From positions 1-15,126 of the forward strand of contig JBFFSH010000064.1 in assembly GCA_041572575.1 (NCBI GenBank): a stretch of DNA of 15,126 nt, in the 5' to 3' direction. The notes beneath the pieces are model-generated. The model did not search any database, was not told the origin of the DNA, and saw only the letters and a list, made by a program, of their open reading frames with translations. A program made the translations under genes and the position numbers. Source of the stretch: Thermodesulfobacteriota bacterium (GTDB taxonomy: Bacteria; Desulfobacterota_D; UBA1144; Nemesobacterales; N074bin48). This document shows positions 1-8,119 of this stretch, one piece after another. Numbering within the stretch: the first letter of the stretch is position 1; each line of letters starts with the position of its first letter.

Positions 1-140
1 AGATAGAAACTTGGAGGAGAGATTACAATGAGTACAGACCCCATTCGGCACTAGATAACATGACGCCGGAGGAGTATGTTAAAGAACACAAAAAGCCGGA
101 AATCTCTAATTATCCTGGTACAGCTTTTGGGTGAGGGTCA
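1..140 (+). mobile_element. Right end of an IS3-family insertion sequence (IS407-group-like), truncated by the window start
   Basis: The transposase C-terminus runs into a terminus ending ...GGTACAGCTTTTGGGTGAGGGTCA (140). Its reverse complement begins TGACCCTCACCC, fitting the 5'-TG...CA-3' ends of IS3 elements. The sequence becomes sharply AT-rich after about 145. Confidence 0.85.
3..134 (+). CDS. IS3-family transposase OrfB, C-terminal fragment (5' partial)
   Basis: Manual translation from nt 3: IETWRRDYNEYRPHSALDNMTPEEYVKEHKKPEISNYPGTAFG*. WRxDYNxxRPHSAL..TP is the characteristic C-terminal motif of IS3 DDE transposases. Stop TGA 132-134 lies inside the terminal repeat. Confidence 0.9.
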   Translation: METWRRDYNEYRPHSALDNMTPEEYVKEHKKPEISNYPGTAFG

Positions 141-172
141 AGAGCATTTAATAAAATTTAAGAATTAGGATA

Positions 173-201
173 TGTACATTAATATGAAAAGGTATTATAA
201 T
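173..201 (+). promoter_or_regulatory. Putative sigma70 promoter of the chemosensory operon
   Basis: TGTACA (173-178), 17-nt spacer, perfect TATAAT (196-201), with an AT-rich tract upstream. Confidence 0.55.
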
Positions 202-219
202 TAGTGCAAGTATTTCATG

Positions 220-261
220 AATTAAAGTATTTAGATTACAAAATTAAAGTAATTTAGATTA
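220..261. repeat. Tandem imperfect direct repeat AATTAAAGTA(A)TTTAGATTA x2
   Basis: Copy 1 at 220-238 and copy 2 at 242-261 differ only by one inserted A. Period is 22-23 bp. Confidence 0.8.
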
Positions 262-377
262 AAAAAACATCAGAGTTTGTCTCTGATTGTTGTGGGTAAT
301 ATATAACTTTGTTTTTAAAAATAATTCGAATTTAACTTGTAGTTAATAGATTTGTATAAGTTAGGAGGAGAGTAAAA

Positions 378-2696
378 ATGAGATTATGGCAGAAACTGGT
401 TTTGCTGGTGTTGGTACCTATAATCATATCTGTGCCGGTTATTCTTTATTTCCTTAAAGTTGAGTTAGATAATAAGGAAAACCTGGCTAGAAGACAGTTT
501 GCAGGTATTGAATATATACAGCCACTTAGAGATTATGGAGATATAATCGAAGATTTTAGAACCGTTACAATAGATGTACTTGAAAACAATAGACAACTTG
601 ACGACCAAACCCAGGCTGAACTAGACAGGCTTAAAAAGTCTATGGAAGATAAAATAGCTCAGGTTGATGCGTTGAACAATAAATATGGTGATATTTTTGG
701 TCTTACCGGTGTATGGGGAAGCTTAAAAACAGGTTGCGAACAGTTAATAGCAACAGCTCTTGAGCTTAGCGCAGAAGACAGTTACCTGGTTCAAAAAGAG
801 CATGAAACTGAAATATCTGACTTTATTATTCAGATTGTTAACAGTTCACAGTTAAAAAACGAAATTGCGGATGTGTTTTTAGCAGAACTTCCTAACCTTG
901 CCACAGATATTAAAGATATTGAAAGATTATCTGAGCTTGCTATAAGAAAGAGCAGTGACAGGAATGTCTATCAAGAGGGTGTTGATGGTGAAATAATTGT
1001 TCAGTTAAAACAGGATGGTGTTTCGAGGGATGAAATATCAGATCAGCTACTACTGGTAGAAAATAACCTAGAGATTATAAAAAGAGGTTCTGAACTTTAT
1101 CTTGCTACAAATATAGATCTAAGATCACAGCTCAGGCCACTTATCCTTAAACTTGAAAGAGATATATCCGTTTTTGTAGAAGATATTAATAATGATATTG
1201 TACGACCAGCTACCGTAACTACAACCAAACAGAGTATTAATGAAAAGGTTGAAACTGTTAGTGCTTCAATCTTTGCACCTTACGACTCAGCTCTCCAAGC
1301 CATTGAAAATTTACTTTCAGCAAGGATTCAGCAGGTTGGAAATCAGAAGATTATTATTCTTCTGGTAATCGGTGCAGCTATTCTTTTGTCACTTCTTATT
1401 GCGGTATTGGTGCTAAGGGGTGTGCTTGGACAGATCGACTTTATTAGAAGTGCTATGGGTGCATATACTGAAGGTGATGTATCTGCAAGATCAATAATGT
1501 CAAGTTCAGACGAACTTGGTGAAATGGCAGGATCTGTTAACCAGTTTATGGACGAAAACGAGGCTCTAACCAATAAAGTTAAAGAGGATGCAGCAAGAGT
1601 GGAAGATGAATATAACAGAACACAGGAATCCATTATTAAGCTTCTTGACGAGGTGAGTGGTATTGCTGAGGGTGATCTTACACAGGAAGCAGAGGTTACT
1701 GCAGAGGTAACCGGTGCTATTGCTGACTCATTTAACAATGCGATTGTTGAGTTAAGGCGTATTATTACCGAGGTGCAGTCTGCATCTACTCGAGTAAATG
1801 AGGCATCATCTGACATTAGGCTTTCCATGGACAGGCTGTCTCAGGGTAGTGAAGAACAGTCGGGTCAGATTATTGATACAACGGCTGCTATTGACGAAAT
1901 GGCAATCTCAATTAGACAGGTGTCAGAGAACGCTTCAATGTCGGCCACTGTGGCTCAACAGGCGCTAAGTAATGCAAAACAGGGCGCAGAGGTTGTGGAA
2001 AATACCATAACTGGTATGAACAACATCAGAGATCAGGTGCAGGAAACATCAAAAAGAATTAAGAGGCTGGGTGAAAGTTCTCAGGAGATTGGAGAGATCA
2101 CACAGCTAATTGGTGAAATTGCAGACAGAACGAGTATTCTTGCTCTTAACGCTTCAATTCAGGCTGCTATGGCAGGGGAAGCAGGTAGAGGTTTTGCCGT
2201 GGTTGCTGAAGAGGTTGAACGTCTGGCAGATCGTGCTACTGATTCCACAAAACGTATTGAAACTCTAATTAAAACGATTCAGGCTGAATCTAACGATGCT
2301 ATTTCAGCTATGGAAGACATGACAAACGAGGTTGTGGCAGGATCTGAAAGAGCGGCTGATGCCGGTAAGGCGCTGGGTGAGATTGAGTCTGTGTCTGTAA
2401 AACTCGCTGACCTCATTCAGTCAATTTCAATGGCTGCTCAACAACAGGCCAGGGGTTCAGAAACCATTGCAAATGCTATGTCTGATATTTCCATGGTAAC
2501 GCAGCAATCTACACTTAGTACACGTGAAGCTTTTACCACGTCTGCGGGTCTGACAGAGCTTTCTGAAGAACTTGGAAGAACAATCAGTGCGTTTAAGCTG
2601 CCAGAAACCAATGGAGCAAGTCCGGAGTTTACTACGTCTGATGTTGATATTCCTTCGGCCGAGTCTGTAACACCTGCCGAGGGGGCAACACAGTAA
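378..2696 (+). CDS. Methyl-accepting chemotaxis protein, PilJ-like cytoplasmic part
   Basis: Strong SD (AGGAGGAG). Two TM helices (about aa 7-25 and 325-346) flank a ~300-aa extracytoplasmic domain. Two HAMP-like segments, the second [25 protein letters not shown] typical of PilJ. Signalling hairpin [45 protein letters not shown]. Confidence 0.96.
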   Translation: MRLWQKLVLLVLVPIIISVPVILYFLKVELDNKENLARRQFAGIEYIQPLRDYGDIIEDFRTVTIDVLENNRQLDDQTQAELDRLKKSMEDKIAQVDALNNKYGDIFGLTGVWGSLKTGCEQLIATALELSAEDSYLVQKEHETEISDFIIQIVNSSQLKNEIADVFLAELPNLATDIKDIERLSELAIRKSSDRNVYQEGVDGEIIVQLKQDGVSRDEISDQLLLVENNLEIIKRGSELYLATNIDLRSQLRPLILKLERDISVFVEDINNDIVRPATVTTTKQSINEKVETVSASIFAPYDSALQAIENLLSARIQQVGNQKIIILLVIGAAILLSLLIAVLVLRGVLGQIDFIRSAMGAYTEGDVSARSIMSSSDELGEMAGSVNQFMDENEALTNKVKEDAARVEDEYNRTQESIIKLLDEVSGIAEGDLTQEAEVTAEVTGAIADSFNNAIVELRRIITEVQSASTRVNEASSDIRLSMDRLSQGSEEQSGQIIDTTAAIDEMAISIRQVSENASMSATVAQQALSNAKQGAEVVENTITGMNNIRDQVQETSKRIKRLGESSQEIGEITQLIGEIADRTSILALNASIQAAMAGEAGRGFAVVAEEVERLADRATDSTKRIETLIKTIQAESNDAISAMEDMTNEVVAGSERAADAGKALGEIESVSVKLADLIQSISMAAQQQARGSETIANAMSDISMVTQQSTLSTREAFTTSAGLTELSEELGRTISAFKLPETNGASPEFTTSDVDIPSAESVTPAEGATQ

Positions 2697-2785
2697 GGCT
2701 AGTTTGGTTTAACAAATGCTTCATGAATATAATTAGACCGGAATAAATAATTACCAATGGGCATTTCTGGGCAAATTAATAAACA

Positions 2786-3688
2786 ATGAATATAAATACT
2801 AGCACTGCATACGAAGACAGCGATAGTTTAAGTCTACAGAAGCTTGAGCAATATGAACTAATCGAGCAAGAGTTCAGTCGCTGGCAGCAATGTATAGAAT
2901 CAAAATGCGGATTGTATTTTGATAAAAGCAGGATTTCATTTCTATGTACAGCACTGCTTGAGAGAATAAATGATCTTTCTCTTACAGGGTATGATGAGTA
3001 TCTCAGGTATTTGCTTTATAACAATGATGCTGAAAGGGAGTGGAAAGAACTGTATTGCAGGCTTGTGAACTGTGAGACAAGTTTTTTCAGACACCAACCT
3101 TCATTCGAGTTGCTAAAAGAGCATATTTTCCCTCAGGTTTTAGAGAGTAGGAAAAACGATATATTCAAACTGCTAACTGTCTGGAGTGTGGGTTGCTCAT
3201 CGGGCCAGGAAGCATATTCCATAGCCCTGAATGCTTTGCAGAGCTATGATACAGACGAATATTATACTAAGATAATAGGGTCAGATATCAATCTCCATTT
3301 GTTAAAAAAAGCCAGGAAGGGAATATACACAAAAGCAGAAGTAAAGAGCTTGCACCCGGAATACATAGAAAGGTATTTATTTCCATACAACGGTAGCGGC
3401 ACAACATACTATAAATTTAGAGATGAAGTAAAAGATCTTGTGAGTTTTAATTTTATTAATTTAGTAGAATCCAACACTTATAAAGTGTTTCCCGTCGATA
3501 TCATTTTTTGTCAAAATGTTCTATTCTATTTCAGCAAGAACAGAAGGTTGGAGATTGTATACAGACTTTGTGAATATTTAGGCAAGGGGGGCTCGCTAAT
3601 ACTTGGCCCTTCTGATATTTTGCCGGCTAGGATAAATGGGATGGAGACTGAATATATAAATAGTAATTTAGTATATAGAAAATTATAA
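2786..3688 (+). CDS. cheR: Chemotaxis protein-glutamate O-methyltransferase (CheR/PilK-like)
   Basis: Motifs ETSFFRH, WSVGCSSGQEAYSIA, IIGSDIN and DIIFCQNVLFYF. CQN rather than CRN resembles PilK. Confidence 0.95.
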   Translation: MNINTSTAYEDSDSLSLQKLEQYELIEQEFSRWQQCIESKCGLYFDKSRISFLCTALLERINDLSLTGYDEYLRYLLYNNDAEREWKELYCRLVNCETSFFRHQPSFELLKEHIFPQVLESRKNDIFKLLTVWSVGCSSGQEAYSIALNALQSYDTDEYYTKIIGSDINLHLLKKARKGIYTKAEVKSLHPEYIERYLFPYNGSGTTYYKFRDEVKDLVSFNFINLVESNTYKVFPVDIIFCQNVLFYFSKNRRLEIVYRLCEYLGKGGSLILGPSDILPARINGMETEYINSNLVYRKL

Positions 3689-3703
3689 ATAACTAATAAT
3701 TAT

Positions 3704-6700
3704 ATGAGTAAATCAATCGATCAACAACTTATAGCTGGATTTGTGGGTGAGGCTAAAAGCTACATTCCAAATATCGAATCTGCCATAGAATCTCTCAGAG
3801 GTGGGGTAGACAGAATCTCAAAGATTGAAGAAATGCACCGATATATTCAAAACATTAAGGGTGCATCCTCCATGATAGGTGTTACTGAGTTAAGTGACAT
3901 CTCAAATTATATGGAGAAGCTGCTCGAGGATTTGGCTGCCAATAAGGTGGAGTATAGTGACGAAGTTTTGCTCTTTTTAAGAAATACTACCACGCATATT
4001 GGAAAATATCTGGATAGTCTTGTAGATGGTGAGTTTGACTATAAATCTGTAGTTAATGAAGTTAAGGCTGCATATATAAAACTTGGTGGTAAGGAAGCAC
4101 AGACTGAAAAAGTAGAATTTGATAAGGAGCAAACTATTGCCCCTGAAGACTCCACCTACACCGAAAGTACTTCTGAGTCTACTGCTGATACACAGTATCC
4201 TGAAAATGAACCCCTTATTGCCGGGCCTCTATCAATTTATAAAGAATTACTTAATAAATTCGGTGAGTTACAAGATGCTCCGGAAAGTTATGAAAAGATT
4301 AATGAATTAAAGAAATTAGTATCTGAACTTAAAGATAATTGTAATGTTTCAGAGTTTCTGCCAGCTGATAAAGTATCGGCTGCTATCAATTTTGTCTCAG
4401 ACATATCATCAAATCTGCTAAAAATTGTAAATGACATTGATGCTCATAAGGTTACCGGAAATTATGAAACACTTCTTGGAATAGCCGAGACTTTCATATA
4501 TCAGATAGAAAGAGTTTTATACAATTACAGAAGTGAAATAGATTTTGAGTCTGAAGTTGGCCAGCTGTTTAGCAACTACGAAGAATTCCATGACAAGGTA
4601 TTAGCTGGTGAACAAAACGATTTACAAAATGTGGATGCTGATAGTGCAGATAATAAAGACGGAGCAATGAGCCCTGAACTTATTGATGGATTTATCTCTG
4701 AAACTAAAAAAGATATTAATGCTGTGATAAATGAAATTGAAAACTATGCTGTGTCTACTGATAAAAAATCCATAATAAACAGCGTAAAAAGCCATATTCA
4801 TAAAATTCATGGTGCTTCTGGCATGCTCGGTTTTGATAATCCTCAAAATGCAAATAATGAAAGAAATCACCATGGTATATTTTTGATTAGTAAAGAATTG
4901 AGTGAATTTCTAAATCTTGTTTCTGACAGTGATACTGAGCTAGATGCCCAGTCGGCAGGAGTTGTAGTCCAGGGGACATTATTATTAAAAAAACTATGTG
5001 AAGATTCACAAGTGCAAAATGTTGAAGAAGAGATTAGCAATATAAGCTCTGTAGTGTCGCAGTTATCTTCTAATATACTGCAAAGCCCACAAGTTAACGT
5101 TGAGCAGGATGCAGTAAGCCTGGACCCACCGGCAGTCCAGGAAAGAAAACCACAAAAGCAGATTATACCCGATGAGCTGTTTGAAGTATTTACCATTGAA
5201 GCAAATGAGCATCTGGAAAATATGAATAAATGTCTTTCAGTTTATAAGTCCACTAATGATCTGCAGGACTTACAGGAAGTGAGAAGAGGGGCACATACAA
5301 TAAAAGGTGCTGCTGGAATGGTGGGGCTACAGTCTGTATCGGACCTTGGACATGAGATGGAATCTGTACTTGACAACATTTTTGAACGTAATATACAGCC
5401 GTCAAAAAAAGTATTGGATTTATTTTCTATAACTACCACTTTCTTGGAAAAACTCATTTCAAACGGAGACAATGTCGGGACAGATAGTGAGTTAAATGAT
5501 ATTTTAAGTCATTACAGCAACATAGATCTATTTGATGAGCTGTCTTATGAACAGGCAACCGCCGCTATTGATACTGAAGAAATTTCAATTCCTGATGATA
5601 TACCTCAAGTTGAAATAGAGCATGAAAGGCAGGATGCCGAGAAAGTAGTATCAGAAGTGAGTACCGAGCAACCTCAATTTATGTTTTACTCGGAATCAAC
5701 CGAGGATATTCCTCCTGATCTGTTAGAAGTATTCTTAATTGAAGCAAATGAACATTTGCAAAACATGGGAAGATATTTAAACATGTTGGTTGAGGATAAT
5801 AAGGATAGAGATTCGCTTCAGGAAATAAGACGAAGTGTACATACAATAAAAGGTGCTGCGGGTATGGTGGGATTTAGCAGCGTATCCACGCTTGCACACA
5901 GAATGGAAGACCTCCTTGATAATTTATATGAAAATTCTGTTGTTCTTAACGATGAAATAATAAATTTGCTTTATAGAACATCTGATCTGCTTGATGATAT
6001 TGTAAACAGTAAAGTTACAGATCTACAGGGTAATAAACTCCTTACTAGCCTCTACGATGAATATAAAGCATTTGTAAAAGAAGATGATTCTGAGAAAATA
6101 CCGGCTGAACAGGTATTTGCTGATACTCCTGATCAATTTATCCAGGATGACGTATTCTTAGGTCTTAATACTGAAGAGATATTCAATGTTGAAGAAGTTC
6201 AGCAGGAACCTCATCAGCGACAGGAACAGGCAATAAGGAAGCCTGGGGATTTTGTAAGAATCCCAATGGAAAGACTCGACGAGCTTGTAAATCTTGTGAG
6301 TGAGCTTGTTGTAAACAGGTCTACATTTGAACAGCATTTCGGAGTATTTAACCAGGAACTAGATGAGATGGCCCCCAGTCTGGATAGATTGCGCAGGGTT
6401 ACATCAAACCTTGAAACCCAGTATGAGGTTCTAACGCTGGGTGGCGGAAAATTGCAGATGGCGGCAGGCGATGAGAGCAATGTCTCTTCGCTGCCTGTAC
6501 ACACATCACAAACCCATGGATTTGATGAACTTGAATTTGACCGTTACACAGAATTTCATCAATACACCCGCGAGTTGTCGGAGTCTACAAGTGATATAAG
6601 GGCAATTGGTGGGCAGATGGCTGGCCTTACAGGAGACTTTGAAAGTTATCTAAACAGACAGGAGAGGATAACTTCTGAGGTTCAGGATAAGCTCATGAGG

Positions 6701-8119
6701 CTTCGAATGGTACCACTTGCCACTGTTGCAACCAGGCTCCATAGGGCAGTAAGGGTTACAGCGTCTCAGCAAAATAAAAAAGTGCAGTTAAACATTGTGG
6801 GAGAGGATGTAGAGCTGGATAAAACAGTGTTGGAAGAAATGTCTGATCCGCTTTTGCATATTATAAGAAATTCTGTTGACCATGGTATTGAACTTGCGGA
6901 GCTTAGAAAGGCTCTGGGAAAGGATGAAGTAGGTACAATTACTTTAAAGGCATATTATGAAGGTACTCAGGTGGTAATCCAGATTGGGGACGATGGAGCT
7001 GGGCTTGTACCTGAAGTACTGCGAACTGCAGCTGTAAGGGGAGGGTTTATAAGCGAATCAGATTCACATAGAATCTCAGATGAGGAGCTGTTTAAATTAA
7101 TATTCCTTCCAGGATTTACTTCAACTACTGAAATAAGTGAGATATCGGGTCGTGGAGTAGGGATGGATATCGTAGGTGATACTGTAACAAAATTGAAGGG
7201 TACGGTATCGATTGATTCGGAAGCATCGAAAGGCGTAACTTTTACAATTAGACTTCCAATGACCCTGGCTATTACCAGAGTCCTTTTGGTTTATGCAAAC
7301 AATGAGCAGTTTGCAGTACCACTTGCCTCTGTTTCACAGATTATGAGAGTTGAAAAAGAGTATATAGAAAATCTAGGGGATGAAAGAGTCTTAAAAATAG
7401 AAAATAATATTTATCCGATCATAAGGCTTGGTGAAGCTCTAAATCTTAAAACTTCTTCAAGTGAATCCATAACTAGTTTGCCGGTGCTTATAATGAATCT
7501 TGGTGAACAACACATAGCTCTTGTAGTGGATGAGCTGTTGGAATCCAGAGAGGTAGTGGTAAAAACTCTTGGAAACCACCTCAAGAATGTTCATGGTATC
7601 ACGGGAGCAACACTCATGGGTGATGGTAGTGTTGTCTTGATAGTAAATCCATCAGATTTAATAGATAAACCATCTAGTGCTACGGTGGATATAAATGTTC
7701 CTGTATCCACTGAATTTAGAAGAGATATACTCGATGTATTCATTGTAGATGATTCACTTAGTGTAAGACGAATTATGACTAACCTTATAAAGAATAGTGG
7801 TTGGAATCCCATAGTTGCTAAAGATGGTGTAGAAGCGCTTGAAATCCTGCAAAGATCGGTGAAGCTTCCAGACGTGATTTTACTAGATATTGAGATGCCA
7901 AGAATCGATGGTTATGAACTTACATCAACACTCAGAGCTCAGCAGCAGTTCAAAGATATACCAATTGTCATGATTACATCCAGAGCCGGTAAAAAACACA
8001 GGGATAAGGCTTTTGAACTTGGGGCTAATGACTATATGGTAAAACCATATCAGGAAGAAGACCTCATTGGACTAATCAAAAAAATAACGGGAAGCACATC
8101 TAATACTTCTTTGCAATGA
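3704..8119 (+). CDS. cheA: Hybrid chemotaxis histidine kinase/response regulator (ChpA/PilL-like): multiple Hpt, dimerisation, HATPase, CheW and REC domains
   Basis: Two HTIKGAAGMVG Hpt motifs plus divergent copies; VRIPMERLDELVNLVSELV; ChpA-type FDELEFDRYTEFH insert; HIIRNSVDHGIE (N box), DDGAG, IFLPGFTS, SGRGVGMDIV; CheW-like domain; C-terminal REC (VDDSLSVRR, LLDIEMP, MITSR, KPY). Confidence 0.96.
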   Translation: MSKSIDQQLIAGFVGEAKSYIPNIESAIESLRGGVDRISKIEEMHRYIQNIKGASSMIGVTELSDISNYMEKLLEDLAANKVEYSDEVLLFLRNTTTHIGKYLDSLVDGEFDYKSVVNEVKAAYIKLGGKEAQTEKVEFDKEQTIAPEDSTYTESTSESTADTQYPENEPLIAGPLSIYKELLNKFGELQDAPESYEKINELKKLVSELKDNCNVSEFLPADKVSAAINFVSDISSNLLKIVNDIDAHKVTGNYETLLGIAETFIYQIERVLYNYRSEIDFESEVGQLFSNYEEFHDKVLAGEQNDLQNVDADSADNKDGAMSPELIDGFISETKKDINAVINEIENYAVSTDKKSIINSVKSHIHKIHGASGMLGFDNPQNANNERNHHGIFLISKELSEFLNLVSDSDTELDAQSAGVVVQGTLLLKKLCEDSQVQNVEEEISNISSVVSQLSSNILQSPQVNVEQDAVSLDPPAVQERKPQKQIIPDELFEVFTIEANEHLENMNKCLSVYKSTNDLQDLQEVRRGAHTIKGAAGMVGLQSVSDLGHEMESVLDNIFERNIQPSKKVLDLFSITTTFLEKLISNGDNVGTDSELNDILSHYSNIDLFDELSYEQATAAIDTEEISIPDDIPQVEIEHERQDAEKVVSEVSTEQPQFMFYSESTEDIPPDLLEVFLIEANEHLQNMGRYLNMLVEDNKDRDSLQEIRRSVHTIKGAAGMVGFSSVSTLAHRMEDLLDNLYENSVVLNDEIINLLYRTSDLLDDIVNSKVTDLQGNKLLTSLYDEYKAFVKEDDSEKIPAEQVFADTPDQFIQDDVFLGLNTEEIFNVEEVQQEPHQRQEQAIRKPGDFVRIPMERLDELVNLVSELVVNRSTFEQHFGVFNQELDEMAPSLDRLRRVTSNLETQYEVLTLGGGKLQMAAGDESNVSSLPVHTSQTHGFDELEFDRYTEFHQYTRELSESTSDIRAIGGQMAGLTGDFESYLNRQERITSEVQDKLMRLRMVPLATVATRLHRAVRVTASQQNKKVQLNIVGEDVELDKTVLEEMSDPLLHIIRNSVDHGIELAELRKALGKDEVGTITLKAYYEGTQVVIQIGDDGAGLVPEVLRTAAVRGGFISESDSHRISDEELFKLIFLPGFTSTTEISEISGRGVGMDIVGDTVTKLKGTVSIDSEASKGVTFTIRLPMTLAITRVLLVYANNEQFAVPLASVSQIMRVEKEYIENLGDERVLKIENNIYPIIRLGEALNLKTSSSESITSLPVLIMNLGEQHIALVVDELLESREVVVKTLGNHLKNVHGITGATLMGDGSVVLIVNPSDLIDKPSSATVDINVPVSTEFRRDILDVFIVDDSLSVRRIMTNLIKNSGWNPIVAKDGVEALEILQRSVKLPDVILLDIEMPRIDGYELTSTLRAQQQFKDIPIVMITSRAGKKHRDKAFELGANDYMVKPYQEEDLIGLIKKITGSTSNTSLQ

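Noticed and set aside
220..261. Repeat considered as a mini-CRISPR array
   Set aside because: Only two copies, a 3-nt spacer and no cas genes.
1343..1828. 161-aa antisense ORF inside the MCP
   Set aside because: Codon-register shadow of the MCP with no recognisable motif.
1640..2600. Visibly higher GC in the MCP signalling region, suggesting foreign origin
   Set aside because: Explained by the Ala/Gly/Glu-rich conserved domain.
2630..2696. MCP C-terminal tail as a CheR-tethering pentapeptide
   Set aside because: Ends in EGATQ, with no aromatic xWxxF-type motif.
2750..2785. GGGCAAA suggesting a c-di-GMP-I riboswitch
   Set aside because: No GNRA-capped P2 or P3 stem, and no room before the cheR start.
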